DNA of 63,008 nucleotides, filler included, from Octopus bimaculoides (Eukaryota), in assembly GCF_001194135.2 (NCBI RefSeq). It is 6 parts of 5 records of this genome, joined end to end, with 100 filler letters (N's around TTAATTAATTAA, not from the genome) between each part and the next. Parts side by side here need not be neighbours in the genome. Positions count along the whole stretch, not along the records: positions 1 to 13,868 come from NC_068983.1; positions 13,969 to 36,749 come from NC_068982.1; 4 more parts are not named here. The stretch is one strand, 5' to 3'. The notes under the pieces are model-generated. The model was not told where the DNA came from, did not search any database, and saw only the letters and a list, made by a program, of their open reading frames with translations. The position numbers and the translations under genes are program-made. Positions 12,802-25,090 of this stretch are shown one piece after another. Every line of letters starts with the position of its first letter. The stretch's first letter is position 1.

Positions 12802-13203
12802 TTATTCTTATTATTATTATTAGGAATGATAGTAATAATAACATATTCCTTTAGTAATCCTGTTGTTTTAGATCGATGTATAGAATTATGTATATATAAG
12901 TATACTGTAAAGTGTTAAAATGTATGTATAATCTCGTAATATAATAATGAGCTTTGTCTTTTTGTATATTTGTATATATATATATATATNNNNNNNNNNN
13001 NNNNNNNNNNNNNNNNNNNNNNNNNNNNNNNNNNNNNNNNNNNNNNNNNNNNNNNNNNNNNNNNNNNNNNNNNNNNNNNNNNNNNNNNNNNNNNNNNNNN
13101 NNNNNNNNNNNNNNNNNNNNNNNNNNNNNNNNNNNNNNNNNNNNNNNNNNNNNNNNNNNNNTATATATGCATATACTCATTTATTATTTGTTTTATATAT
13201 ATA

Positions 13204-13330
13204 CTAGCAGAGGCACCCGGCATTGCCCGGGAATGAAATTGTTGCTTATTGGTACTTGGAAACTTTTACGAAAATTAAAATGGGGATTAAATGAAAAAAA
13301 CGATTTACGTGAATATCCTCACAAGAGTAA
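13204..13330 (-). mobile_element. Helitron 3' terminus
   Basis: Minus strand CCCGGGCAATGCCGGG hairpin, then TGCCTCTGCTAG followed by T; same terminal hairpin as at 27814-27841. Confidence 0.7.
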
Positions 13331-13686
13331 TTGAAATAAATGGCGATTGTGGAACCCCCCACGCACGCACGCACGCACACACACACACACATACACAGAG
13401 TATTACACATCAGATGAAATGGACGTGTGTGTGTGTGTGACAGAGAGAGAGAGAGAGAGAGGTTTGTTGTCATGTATACGTACATGCATAAATATGCATA
13501 ATCTTTGTGTGTGATGTCTCACACACACACACACGCACACATACATCCAAAAATGATGGATGTATATAACAACACACCCCTTGACTCACTCACAATCTGT
13601 CTCTTACAAACACACACATACATAAATGTATACAAACATATTTACAAAGACACACGTGTGTATGCGTGAGCGCGCGTGTGTGTTGT

Positions 13687-13776
13687 GAGAGAGAGAGGGG
13701 TTGAGAGAGAGAGGGGGTTGAGAGAGAGAGAGGGTTGAGAGAGAGGGGGTTGAGAGAGAGAGGGGGTTGAGAGAGA
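13687..13776 (+). repeat. (GA)n-G3-5-TT minisatellite, 5 units
   Basis: Repeating GAGAGAGAGGGG(G)TT units are visible. Confidence 0.85.
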
Positions 13777-13868
13777 ATATCACGAAGAATGAATGAAGTA
13801 AACATGAAATGAAAAAGTCTTATAAATAAAAGCTCTTGTACGGAATGTTTAAATTTGTGGACATAGTA

Positions 13869-13968
13869 NNNNNNNNNNNNNNNNNNNNNNNNNNNNNNNN
13901 NNNNNNNNNNNNTTAATTAATTAANNNNNNNNNNNNNNNNNNNNNNNNNNNNNNNNNNNNNNNNNNNN
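13869..13968. other. Artificial 100-bp scaffold spacer (44 N + TTAATTAATTAA + 44 N); same at 36750-36849, 54603-54702, 56432-56531, 59394-59493
   Basis: Identical 44+12+44 structure counted five times; the 12-mer puts stop codons in all six frames. Confidence 0.95.
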
Positions 13969-14028
<60 letters not shown>

Positions 14029-15262
14029 ACACACGCACAGGTATTGATTATGTTTTATCGCTGTGTACTCCATGCATATCTTCAATTTCCGGTAAAATTT
14101 GCATGCAGTGCAACAAGCATATGAGTTACTGCGGTAATGTGCACATTGAGTGTTGATCTGATATGCAATGAAGTCTTTTACATCATCATTAGATCCAGCA
14201 GATTGACTGCAATGGCAAATGATTATTATTTACAGTCAAGAACAGCAAAAAAAAAAAAAAATAGAAGAGGACTCTCTTATATAAATCCTCCATGTTGTCA
14301 TTTATGGCTTTGTTTTTATTGAACTTTAATAGTAGCGGTCCGTGTTCAGTATGGAATAAGTAGATTATGACCACGATGATAATACGAGGACGCAAAGCAA
14401 AAATACAATCTCAGTACACCGGATGATAGGATAAACACATATGCATACATCTTTATACACACGCACACCCACATATGCACACACACTCTCTCTCTCTCTC
14501 ACACACACACATACACACACACACACAAGTAATCTGTTAACTTAGGTTTTCCACAAAATCAGATCCAATCTCTTCCTCCTCTACACATTGCAACTCTATT
14601 TTTCTTCCAGCGGTTTGATTAATAGGTCTATCAATTCATTGTTTATTTTGTGATGCACAGTAAAATTCATTTCGACGCTGAGCGAGATGAGCTTCGTCTC
14701 TTCACATTTCTTGCTTGCCTTCTCCTCCCCACCCTCCACTACTCATGTTGAAACTTCGTGGATCCAAAAGCGCTCGTAAGCAGTTTTTCTCTCTTTTTTT
14801 TTTTTCACGATTGGACATGGCTGATACCGTCTGCGTCATCGGGATAAGAGAATTTGTTGTTTTCTAAGTTACTTCATCAATACTTTTTCTCATCTTATTT
14901 AAGCCTAAGCAACTCCCTCATCATTTTCTTTGAAGTTTTCTATGTGCATCGCGCAAATACTTAAAACGCATACTAAGGTAAACGTTTTACTCGCACGCTC
15001 AACACAACAAAACAAAGTCCCAAATAACGAAACAGATATGATATATAAATGCAATTCAACAATACTAAAAGACGATATTGCCCACCCGTCCAGAACACAG
15101 ACTGCACCTTACTGTATAGTAGAAACTTGCGTCTGTTGAAAATATGTTCATTATCATAAGGATAATGATAACAACCAGCCTCGAACATTCTAAAGATTGT
15201 TTTCTAAGACATTTCTCGTTCTTCTATTACGAAAGGAAAATAATGATGTACTTTCAAAACAC

Positions 15263-15328
<66 letters not shown>

Positions 15329-15336
15329 CGATGATG

Positions 15337-15370
<34 letters not shown>
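15263..15370. repeat. (AAT)n microsatellite with a GAC/GAT interruption; second array at 15707-15800
   Basis: Directly visible. Confidence 0.97.
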
Positions 15371-15371
<1 letters not shown>

Positions 15372-15703
15372 GTTTCCCTAAAAGAAATGGAGAAACTTTC
15401 AAAATGCAAAGACCTGGAAATAGAGGTAACTCGAATGTGGAATCTAAAAACAGAAACAATTCCTATCATAGTAGGCGCTTTAGGTATAATAAAAAAATAT
15501 TCAGACAAATACATAACAAAAACACCAGGACTTACAAATATATAACATACAGAAAATTGCACTACTGGGTACTGCACACATCCTACGCAAAACACTTTCA
15601 ATACAGTAACCATAAGAGCATCACAGCAAACCACAGCACATACCCAAGGCACACAGAGCTGCGCTCGGTAGTGAAGTGAAAGCACATTATAAAAATAAAA
15701 CTA

Positions 15704-15706
<3 letters not shown>
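15369..15706 (+). mobile_element. R4/Dong-like RLE LINE 3' fragment (copy e)
   Basis: NVSLKEMEKLSKCKDLEIEVTRMWNLKTETIPIIVGALGIIKK...IQKIALLGTAHILRKTLSIQ* plus 3' UTR; flanked by (AAT)n on both sides. Confidence 0.9.
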
Positions 15707-15777
<71 letters not shown>

Positions 15778-15800
15778 TAATAATAATAATAATAATAATA

Positions 15801-16600
15801 GACCAGAGAGAGCAGATGAAGAAAATTTGGCAGGACAAGGAAATGCACAGTCAGTTCTTGAAGAATAAAGATGAGATTGATTGGAATAGAACCTGGCAAT
15901 AGCTGCAGAAAGTAGACTTAAAAGGGCCCACTGAGGCATTAGTGTGCAGCGCTCAAGAACTAGCTCTCAGAACAAACTACTCCAAATATCACATTTATAA
16001 AAGCACTGACTCGCCACAGTGTAGGATGTGCTCTGAGAAGGGAGAAAGTTAAGGCCATATCGTTAGTGAGTCCTGTAAACTCGCACAACGCGAATACAAA
16101 AGTAGACACGACAATGTGGTCAGATACGTCTACTGGCTGCTGTGCAGTAAAGCAAACCTCGAGAGAGTCGAACAATGGTATGAACACAAGCCAGAGAGAG
16201 TAATGCAAAACGAACATTACAAAATACTCTGTGATTTTAACGTGCAGCGCGACCAAGTCATAGAGGCGAGACGATCAGATTTCGTGCTCATCCATAAAGA
16301 TGAAAAAGAAGTAAAGATGAAAGATGCTGCAATACCAGGTGATTCGAGGGTGAAATGTAAGGAAACAGAGAAGACAGAAATACTAGCAACTACGGGACGA
16401 GATAGAAAAGTTATGGGGTATGAGGAAAGTAATGGTGATATCGGTGATAACTGGAGCATTAGGAGCAGTTTCCAAGGGTTTTGAAAAACATATTAAGAAT
16501 ATTGGAGCTGCTGTCAGGTTCGAGGTGATCCAGAAGACAGCGTTGTTGGGTACAGCTCGCATTCTCAGGAAAGTATTGTCACTTTGAGTCACATGATCAT
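15801..16600 (+). mobile_element. R4/Dong-like RLE LINE 3' fragment (copy f)
   Basis: WQDKEMHSQF...LKGPTEALVCSAQELALRTNY...CRMCSEKGES*GHIVSE...YKSRHDNVVRYVYWLLC...WYEHKPERVMQNEHYKILCDFNVQRDQVIEARRSDFV...IQKTALLGTARILRKVLSL*; several stops and frameshifts. Confidence 0.9.
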
Positions 16601-18520
16601 TTTGTAATGAAGGTTAAGGTTGATTCAAACGACCTCCAGTACTATTTCATCGACTCCAGAATGAGGAAATATAAAGTTGAAAAACATAATAACACAAATA
16701 ATATACCTTACATGTGATATAATATTATAACATAATTACAGCTGAATATTTAAAACCTAGTCATCCAGCTATTACAATAACATGACACGGAAACACAAAC
16801 AGATGTTATCTTGATGATATTGTGATATGCTATATTCATTATAACTACTGATGTTGCTCGTGTGTAGGATTTCTTTTGCTTCTGCTTTATTGCAGGGAAA
16901 TATCAGAAGCTGCTACACATGATAATGTTATATAAACTATTCTATACACATAAGCTGCAGAGAATTGCTCTCACTTCATTTGTCGATTGAAATAATATTT
17001 ATAAAATCCTTCGCTGTATGAACTTTGTATGTATTTCTTCCATTATAAATCTGGAGATTTTGAGAAATCCGAAGAATGGAGAGGTTGAGATATATTTCCC
17101 TCTGTCTTGTCACTAGAGTTATGTCGAGGATGAACCTGAACTCTTAAGCAAGACATTTTACTATGTGCGCATTCATATAATAACTGAACAAAACATCTGC
17201 ATGTCTCACCGCCAGCTAGGATGATTACTTCTCGTCTTTTCCCCTTTGCTCTGGTCTACTGATGTTTCTTATATTTAGGAAGCAAGATTTGTTTATGATG
17301 TCCAACTGGTCAAGACTATTTACTCGCTTCCATGACGTATAAGTGACCGAGAATTTCACATATACATGCAATCATACAAACATGTCTACACGTACACATA
17401 CACACATACACTTATGTATTTTTCTATAGATGCTTTTGAATGCACCAAAAATGTATGAATCTTATTTATCAAACGCTTATGTAATTGAGTCCTCTTGTAT
17501 TTAAGTATCTACAATATTTAGACCGTTTGTACTTATCTGCTTAATATATTAAGATTTTTCATTGCTTTTTTCATACATTCTGAACAAGTGCACAAAATAA
17601 AAATATTGTATGAAAATATGTTGCTATATTTGCTTATAAATACTTATTTACCCTTTGTCCAGACAATGTATTTGATAAATACGAATAAAATATTTTTGCT
17701 AATGCTTCTAAATCAGTTCTTAGTACTGAACAAGCCTTAGTTGCACATAATCGCATTGACTGTTAAATACAACTCTGTGTGGAAAGAGATGAGACATTTT
17801 GCTTTTGTAAATATTGAAAACTGCTGCTATGGACCATCATAAAACTTACGTCAACACATGTAAAGTCAATAAAATTCTCAAATGGAATGTTATACTATTT
17901 CAGTTATAAATTACCTGAATAGGGCAGTTTTAGTCTATAAACAGTAAAGTATTTATCTACGGATTTTGTTATTATTATAATCATAGTATGTAGATAAAAG
18001 GAAATGTTTATCAAATATAGATATGTCATTGATACCTATAATTCAGGAAAACTTATTTTCATTACCAATGTGAAGTATGATCGACAAAATAAGTTACACC
18101 GATAATATTTAAGTAATAGCCTCATCGATTCACGTACATTTCACAATCTTAGCTATTTTAAAATCAATGCAAACATTTCAAATGAGTTCAGCTAGATTAT
18201 CCAATGTTGCTATAACCCCATTATGCTCACCAATAAAAGTGATCCTTCTCAGTTGAAGGGAGAGGGACAAACCTCCATCAAACCAGTAATTTTTCGTCTG
18301 TTTTAGAAAGTTACTTTCCTGTCTTATTAACCTTTTTGATTGTATCACATTTCTAGCAACTTCACAATTTCACCCTTGCACAAAGCTTTATTTCTATAAC
18401 TTTGACTTTTATCAGTCACAGAAACAATTATTTTTCATTATACAACACACGCACGCATACATACACACACATACACACAACATATGAATATAATACATAC
18501 ATACATACAAGCATACATAC

Positions 18521-18557
<37 letters not shown>

Positions 18558-19186
18558 NNNNNNNNNNNNNNNNNNNNNNNNNNNNNNNNNNNNNNNNNNN
18601 NNNNNNNNNNNNNNNNNNNNNNNNNNNNNNNNNNNNNNNNNNNNNNNNNNNNNNNNNNNNNNNNNNNNNNNNNNNNNNNNNNNNNNNNNNNNNNNNNNNN
18701 NNNNNNNNNNNNNNNNNNNNNNNNNNNNNNNNNNNNNNNNNNNNNNNNNNNNNNNNNNNNNNNNNNNNNNNNNNNNNNNNNNNNNNNNNNNNNNNNNNNN
18801 NNNNNNNNNNNNNNNNNNNNNNNNNNNNNNNNNNNNNNNNNNNNNNNNNNNNNNNNNNNNNNNNNNNNNNNNNNNNNNNTATGGATCTATTCCATCTCAA
18901 TTAGAGATTTTTTAATCAATTTTTTAAACTAAACAGTTTGAAACTTCGCTGTTTGCGATAGTAATCGAAGAGGAACAACTTCCAGGTCATCTCTACTAAA
19001 TGTCACCACTCTGTTCAAAAAATCAACACAATAGAGCAACGAGTCTGCAGCTAGCCTTTTTGTTGTTGACGTATATGTAGTTCCAAAATGCCTTATTTTA
19101 CAACTATGAGATGTATTTTTATTGTCATGATTTTATCTTACTATAATCAACAACAAACACATTTCATCAACATAAAAGTCTTTATT

Positions 19187-19257
19187 AAGGCGGCGAGCTG
19201 GCAGAAATGCTTAGCGGTATTTCGTCTGCCGTTACGTTCTGAGTTCAAATTCTGCCG

Positions 19258-19261
<4 letters not shown>
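19187..19261 (+). mobile_element. SINE family B 5' part, truncated at (TA)n
   Basis: AAGGCGGCGAGCTGGCAGAAATGCTTAGCGGTATTTCGTCTGCCGTTACGTTCTGAGTTCAAATTCTGCCGAGGT. Confidence 0.8.
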
Positions 19262-19333
<72 letters not shown>

Positions 19334-20151
19334 GCTTGCCTTACTTTTAATCGGCAGAAAATTATAATACTAACTCCTGGGGAGGGGGAGTTTCGTTCAT
19401 GGTACCTATCGAGTGATGTGTACGAAACTCTCACTCGTTGATCACCCTTGTAATTTTTGTGTGAGTAAGTGTGTACGTACGCGCGCGTGCGTATGAAGCG
19501 AAATGAAATGGTAATGATTATCAACGTTCAGCAGCAGGAAATATATATCTGTTACATAAAACATTCATTTGGCTAGTAAAAAGAAATAAGATGATTTTAT
19601 CTACGTACTATATACGGGATGTTTTTTGTTGTTTATTACTGATATGTTTCTCTTGTTATTTTTTGTAGACGTGGCCTCACTATGTCGTGCTGTATCTAAA
19701 TTGCTGATAAAATAATAAATGCATTCAACTGTTTGAATAAGGCGTCCTTAGTAACATCTTACATCATTCGAAAATAACACTCATAAATATTTTATTTTCG
19801 CGGTGATTATTGCATAGAGATAGCTGGACGATCTTAGCAAAAGTGTGCTTATAATAGTATTTCAATTGTTTAAATATAGCATCACATTTACCTTAATTAG
19901 CCATAGTTTTAAGATACAAAAATAGATCTACCATAAATAATAAAAAAGATTCAAATGAGGGGAATAAAATGCCTTGTAAATCTACGAGCTCTTTACTTTC
20001 TGGATTTAAATCCCGCCGAGGTCAACGTTTTTATTTGCTGAAGTCGATAGAATGAAGTACTTTTTAAGTAATGCAGTCAGTACATTTGACTTGCTTCTTA
20101 CCTTCAAAACTGCTGCCCTTGTACTTAGATGGCAAACAATTATTATTATAT

Positions 20152-20501
20152 AGGCGCAGGAGTGACTGTGTGGTAAGTAGCTTGCTAATCAACCACATGG
20201 TTCCATGTTCAGTCCCACTGCGGGGCACCTTGGGCAAGTGTCATCTACTATAGCCTCGGGCTGACCAAAACCTTGTGAGTGGATTTGGTGGACGGAAACT
20301 GAAAGAAGCCAGTCGTATATATATATATATATATATATATGCATGTGCGTGTGTGTCCAACTTAACGGTTCGGCATAAGAGACCGATAGAATAAGTACTA
20401 GGCTTACAAAGAATAAGTCCTGGGGTCGATTTGCTCGACTAAAGGCGGTGCTCCAGCATGGCCGCAGTCAAAATGACTAAAACGAATAAAAGAAAAAAGA
20501 A
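20152..20501 (+). mobile_element. SINE family A, near full length, internal (TA)n, putative 8-bp TSD
   Basis: tRNA-like head (GTGTGGTAAG...GTTCAGTCCC), CTTGGGCAAGTG..CTACTATAGCC core, internal (TA)n after GAAGCCAGTCG, and family A tail. TATTATAT occurs at 20144-20151 and 20502-20509 (low complexity). Confidence 0.85.
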
Positions 20502-20774
20502 TATTATATTCTTTCCTCATCTTAACTACTATATTCATCGAACCCTCTTACTACCCTCTAATACACAATAAACATTTTAGGTATCCTTTTATGTCTCTAC
20601 TCGTCTGAAAAGACGCGTAAACACGAAGGAAAAATAACGTTACTGTATCAAAAGATCGATTGCAGTGAAAATAGATGAAAATAGACGATGCGCGCATAAA
20701 GTGATACATATATATGTACATACAACAACAGCTGAAAGCGAAATGCCTCCCAAAGCCCCAAACCTTTGCATCTA

Positions 20775-21020
20775 TTGCCAGTCTGTTCGATACAAAGAGA
20801 GTTACATATATCTGTGTGTTAATGAAATTAAATCATGCTAAGACTGTTGTCAACAAAGATAGACTGACTAAAGAATATTTTACCAAGATTAAAATAAACT
20901 GGATCCGGCGCTTTGTTCTTACAATAAGGTAATATCTTACAATATATTTGAAATACCAGTGCTGGTGCCAACATTTGGAATACTCGACTGCTCTGTAGAG
21001 GACATCTGATCCATAGACAT
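20775..21020 (+). mobile_element. R4-like LINE RT C-terminal/thumb fragment, interrupted by a SINE
   Basis: RLTKEYFTKIK...FEIPVLVPTFGILDCSVEDI*SIDI, homologous to the fragment at 59712-60290. Confidence 0.6.
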
Positions 21021-21200
21021 TGGTTTCGTATTTTGACACAAGACCAGCAATTCTGAGGATGGGGTAAGTCGATTACATTGATCCCAGTGCTCAACTGGTA
21101 CTTATTTTATCGACCCCGAAAGGATGAAAGGCAAAGTCGACCTCTGCGGGATTTGAACTCGGAACGTAAAGACGGAAGAAATGCTGCTAAGCTCGCCACC
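21021..21200 (-). mobile_element. SINE family B
   Basis: Reverse complement contains TTACGTTCCGAGTTCAAATCCCGCAGAGGTCGACTTTGCCTTTCATCCTTTCGGGGTCGATAAAATAAGTACCAG. Confidence 0.85.
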
Positions 21201-21224
21201 TCCTCCAATTCACATTTATTAAAA

Positions 21225-21350
21225 CTTTGACATCTTTCATAAGAACTTCCATAGAAACGTTTTAACAGGCTTAATCTCAGAAGAGAGGTGAGAGGAGACT
21301 TGAAATTAGTGCAGACAGACTTAGAATGTTGTATCTGATAAACAACAATA
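21225..21350 (+). mobile_element. Possible CR1 LINE ORF2 C-terminal fragment
   Basis: RLNL-RREVRGDLKLV resembles the CR1 RL..L.L.SLE.RR.RGDLI motif; short and degenerate. Confidence 0.35.
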
Positions 21351-21825
21351 ATAATATATCAAAAAATTGAAAAGAATAATAGCCAATGAGCCAGTAGTGA
21401 ACTACTTAAGGAATACTCGCTTCACAATAATCCTCAATATTGCTGGAATAGCGTAGCTAAATGAAGATTTGGAAAATAAACTCAGCATATCATAAAAAAG
21501 TTATACTTGAGTATGTTTCCGTAAACTTAAAAGATTATGATCCACATGTTGTGTAGCGTCTCTTGGACTTGTAATCATACGTTACGTCACATTTGAAAGG
21601 GTTTTGTGGGGAACACCTACAAACGCCAAGATGCAACCGAAAATGTGTTATTTTTCACAAGATGATGTTACATATGAGATTCACAACTGCTTCAAAATTA
21701 CATCAAGGTACTACATCTCATTGTGGAATGATCTTGTTCCTGAAACATTATGTAATATCATCCGTTAAAAAGACTGCATTTGGATAAATATAAGCATTGT
21801 TCCTATTACTGAATGCATGCATTCC

Positions 21826-21914
21826 TACCTACCTACCTACATACATACATACATACCTACCTACTTACCTACCTACTTACACACATACATACAGACAGAC
21901 ACACTGACAGAGAC

Positions 21915-21952
<38 letters not shown>

Positions 21953-21990
21953 GCACACACACATACATACATACATACATACATTCATAC
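21826..21990. repeat. Compound tetranucleotide repeats (CCTA/CATA/CAGA)n
   Basis: Directly visible. Confidence 0.9.
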
Positions 21991-23778
21991 TAGTTGAACA
22001 ATATCATCAAATCTTCTGTCAAGTGAAATTATGGTAACTATTTACATTTTGACCACCAAGAATCAGTTCCGACGAAGTACTGGTGGAATCAAATAAGCCT
22101 TCATTCTCCACGGTGTATTTTTATACACGCCGATCGCTTTCGTTGAATGGACAAAAATTCTGTAGAGAGGGAATATTTGCTTTGTCCTCTTCTTTTACGC
22201 TAAATATCATATTTGTGGCGCCTTTACCAGACGATTCAGTAAAAAAGCCTTAGATGTCAGCCACCGTGTAAATGTAAACATTTCTTCCAAACCAACAGGA
22301 GAATATTTTTCAAACAACTACTTCGAAACCTTTTACTTTTCTACTTTGAATGTTTACTTATGTGCCCAGATATAACTAAGATATATCTTATATAGTAAAA
22401 CTAATGAAGTGGACTCTTTTGCGTATCTCGGAAGCAATACCGGTTAGATAAGGGCTCAAGACTTTTGCGCCAAGCTTTACTTCCGTGATGTTTGCGTCAT
22501 CACAACCCTGCTATTCTCGTCTGAGATGTAGACTCCTTTAATGACAACACATCAAATCACTCGAAACATTTCACGAGAAGTATATAGGGTTTAAAAACGA
22601 ACGTCAATTGGAAATTTTCTAACCTGATACTGAAATGCTGCTGGAACCGAAACGAATAGCGCGCGCGCGCGCGTGTGTACATGTTCAAATAATATATATA
22701 GATGGGGAAAGAAAGGTAAAAAAGAAAGAACATATTTGCACAGAAACACAGTACACATTTACACAATTGTTGGAGTGTGTATTCAACAAAGAAGCAGAGT
22801 CCTCAACACTTGACGTGCAGGCTATTTAATCATTTAATTTCCTTAGATGCATACACATGCTTTGGATAAGCTCAGATGTGTGCTAAAATTGACAGCAGTT
22901 CAAATGGTAACGACATGTTTAAAAATAAAACTAAAAGGCGGGGGAGTCTGATTTGTTTGTTCAACCTTTTTTTAAGCTTGATAACATGTGATTATACATT
23001 TGATATCTGTTATCTAAAAGATTGCAATATTAATTTCTGCTTGTTGCTTCAATGTATTGTAGTTGATAGGACGGTATCCTGTTACAAACGGTGCTAGAAT
23101 TATAACGAACGTAGGCGGCAGATTTTGCTTTACAGAATAATACCGACATTATTCCTATCGTCAATGTTGATTTAGTTGTGGCTACAGTGCTTAATACTTG
23201 TTTCTATGATAAATATACAGATCAGTAAACATACACAAATAATTTTGTGTTGACAATGAAGGTGCATTTGGATTTTATTCACTTCTTTTGAAATTATACG
23301 GTTGATTAATAAACAACAAAAAACATTTCATGTTGAAATAGGAAGATGGAAGGGTTCTACATCCATGAAAGGGTAAACTAAAAAAAATGGACTCGAAAAT
23401 AAAGGGCACTTTAAAAATGGGGGAAATGGGACCAGAAAATCTGATGTAGGAAAATGGAATTGAACAAATAAAATCAACAGCAAATAGAAAGTGACTTTTG
23501 TGAAAATAATTGAAATTAGATCACAGAGACTGAATCCTATTGCTAATTTCCGTGTTAGCGATATTTATTCATAAGTTCTCTTCACATAAAATGCTGAGAG
23601 GGTATATAGAGTATGATCACATTCATATGTGTAACGTATGATTTGAACAATTCCTGAACACTTGGTTGTTGGTTACTTAAGCGGGTTAAATAGAATTGGA
23701 AGAATTGTCTCTTTATTTGCGCCACTCATTATTTACATTTATTTCATCCTCACCCCTCTCTATCTTTCTGTCTTTTCT

Positions 23779-23819
<41 letters not shown>

Positions 23820-23857
23820 TATATGTTATACTATATCATACATGTGTGTATATATAT

Positions 23858-24176
23858 CACAATGACCATTTTGTGTGCATAGCTTGTGACAGACGATGCC
23901 TTTTTTTTGCTGGGCTCAAATCTCATTGGCGAACCCATGGAAAACGAACCTCCACCAACTATTCTGCCTAAATGTCTATGCGCACCTTTCAATACAGTGT
24001 ATGCCAGAAGATCAGCAAATCTAACAAAGATCAGAACTTAATTGCAGCTCTTGGTGGTCCAAATCATATATGCAATCTATGTGGGTGTCTTTTAAAAAAC
24101 CACATCAGATATCATGATTGTTCTAAGGTGTAGGCACAAGAGGTGGTCAAACTCTGCATAAGGAGTAGACAACCAC
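23858..24176 (+). mobile_element. Dispersed repeat encoding tandem C2H2-like fingers, probable RTE-like LINE 3' end (copy 1)
   Basis: FVCIACDRRCLFFAGLKSHWRTH, then degenerate fingers ...CQKI... and ICNLCG...HIRYH; ends GAGGTGGTCAAACTCTGCATAAGGAGTAGACAACCAC followed by (TA)n; homologous to 44991-45250. Confidence 0.65.
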
Positions 24177-24559
24177 TATATATATATGTGTGTGTGTGTG
24201 TGTTTGTATGTATGCATTATATTTGTACGTATATATTCATTATGTACACGTGTACAAGACGTATAATGTTGCAGTGATATTGATATAAAACATCAAAGAA
24301 TTTCTCTCGAAGATACATGCATATTTACTTCATATAGTGCTGAAGTTTGACATAGTAATTTCAACGTGTCATTGGAAAAGCTGAATGTGTATAATTATTA
24401 AAGAATTAAGTATATACATAAATTATTTTATGATGTTAGGGTAATACTTTCTGCACTAAATATTCGTGTTACATATGGTTACCATTGATAAATTACTGTG
24501 AATAAAATATAAAGCAACTCTGATATTCAGTAATCGGTAGAGTGAGATGCGGAAAACAA

Positions 24560-25090
24560 AAGGCGTAAGCAAAATTTGAAGCATCTAAAACTATAAGGTA
24601 AGAAAATAAAATCATAGTTTATACTACAGCCTAGACGAAAGAGAGAAATAGTAGGTAAGAGGTTTGAAATGTTCAGAGAAAAATGCATGCTTGGTTTGCG
24701 TGTTAGTAAGAAGTAATGCACGGAATTTAGGTCAGATCGGAGTCTACAAATGTCAGAGATGATGAGGGATTGTCCAGTGAGTTTAAATTTAATTTTATTC
24801 ATCAAAGAGAGCATAGCGTGTTTTAGAAGACTGTGGGGCTTATGATTACGCGGATGGTGCTAAATTGAGTATCGTGATGCATTTACTACCCTACACAAAG
24901 CAGAATGACTTACTTCGCTATATTGTTACTGATACACAGTGTTGTTGTTACATAGCTGTGGGCAATCTTTGACTGAACAAAACTTGTATTTGAAGCATTC
25001 CTGCCCCGACAACATTATTTGCTTTTGGGCATTGCTTATCTAACTGCTCAATGTGTCCCTTGATGTTCAAGATGTTACTAAAAAGTTTAA
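24560..25090 (-). mobile_element. Possible very old CR1/L2-superfamily LINE fragment
   Basis: Only weak translated resemblance to the L2/Crack ORF2 C-terminus. Confidence 0.25.

Noticed and set aside
13913-13924. TTAATTAATTAA motif recurring five times inside N runs
   Set aside because: It is always 44 N + 12 nt + 44 N = 100 bp, so it is an assembly spacer rather than biological sequence.
10283-16600. Repeat-spacer-repeat pattern superficially like a CRISPR array
   Set aside because: The repeats are trinucleotide microsatellites and the spacers are retrotransposon fragments hundreds of bp long; eukaryotic context and no cas genes.
17235-17350. Pyrimidine tract + AG followed by a short open frame (KQDLFMMSNWSRLFTRFHD)
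   Set aside because: Weak donor (GTATAA), no recognisable homology and no neighbouring exons; unsupported without RNA data.
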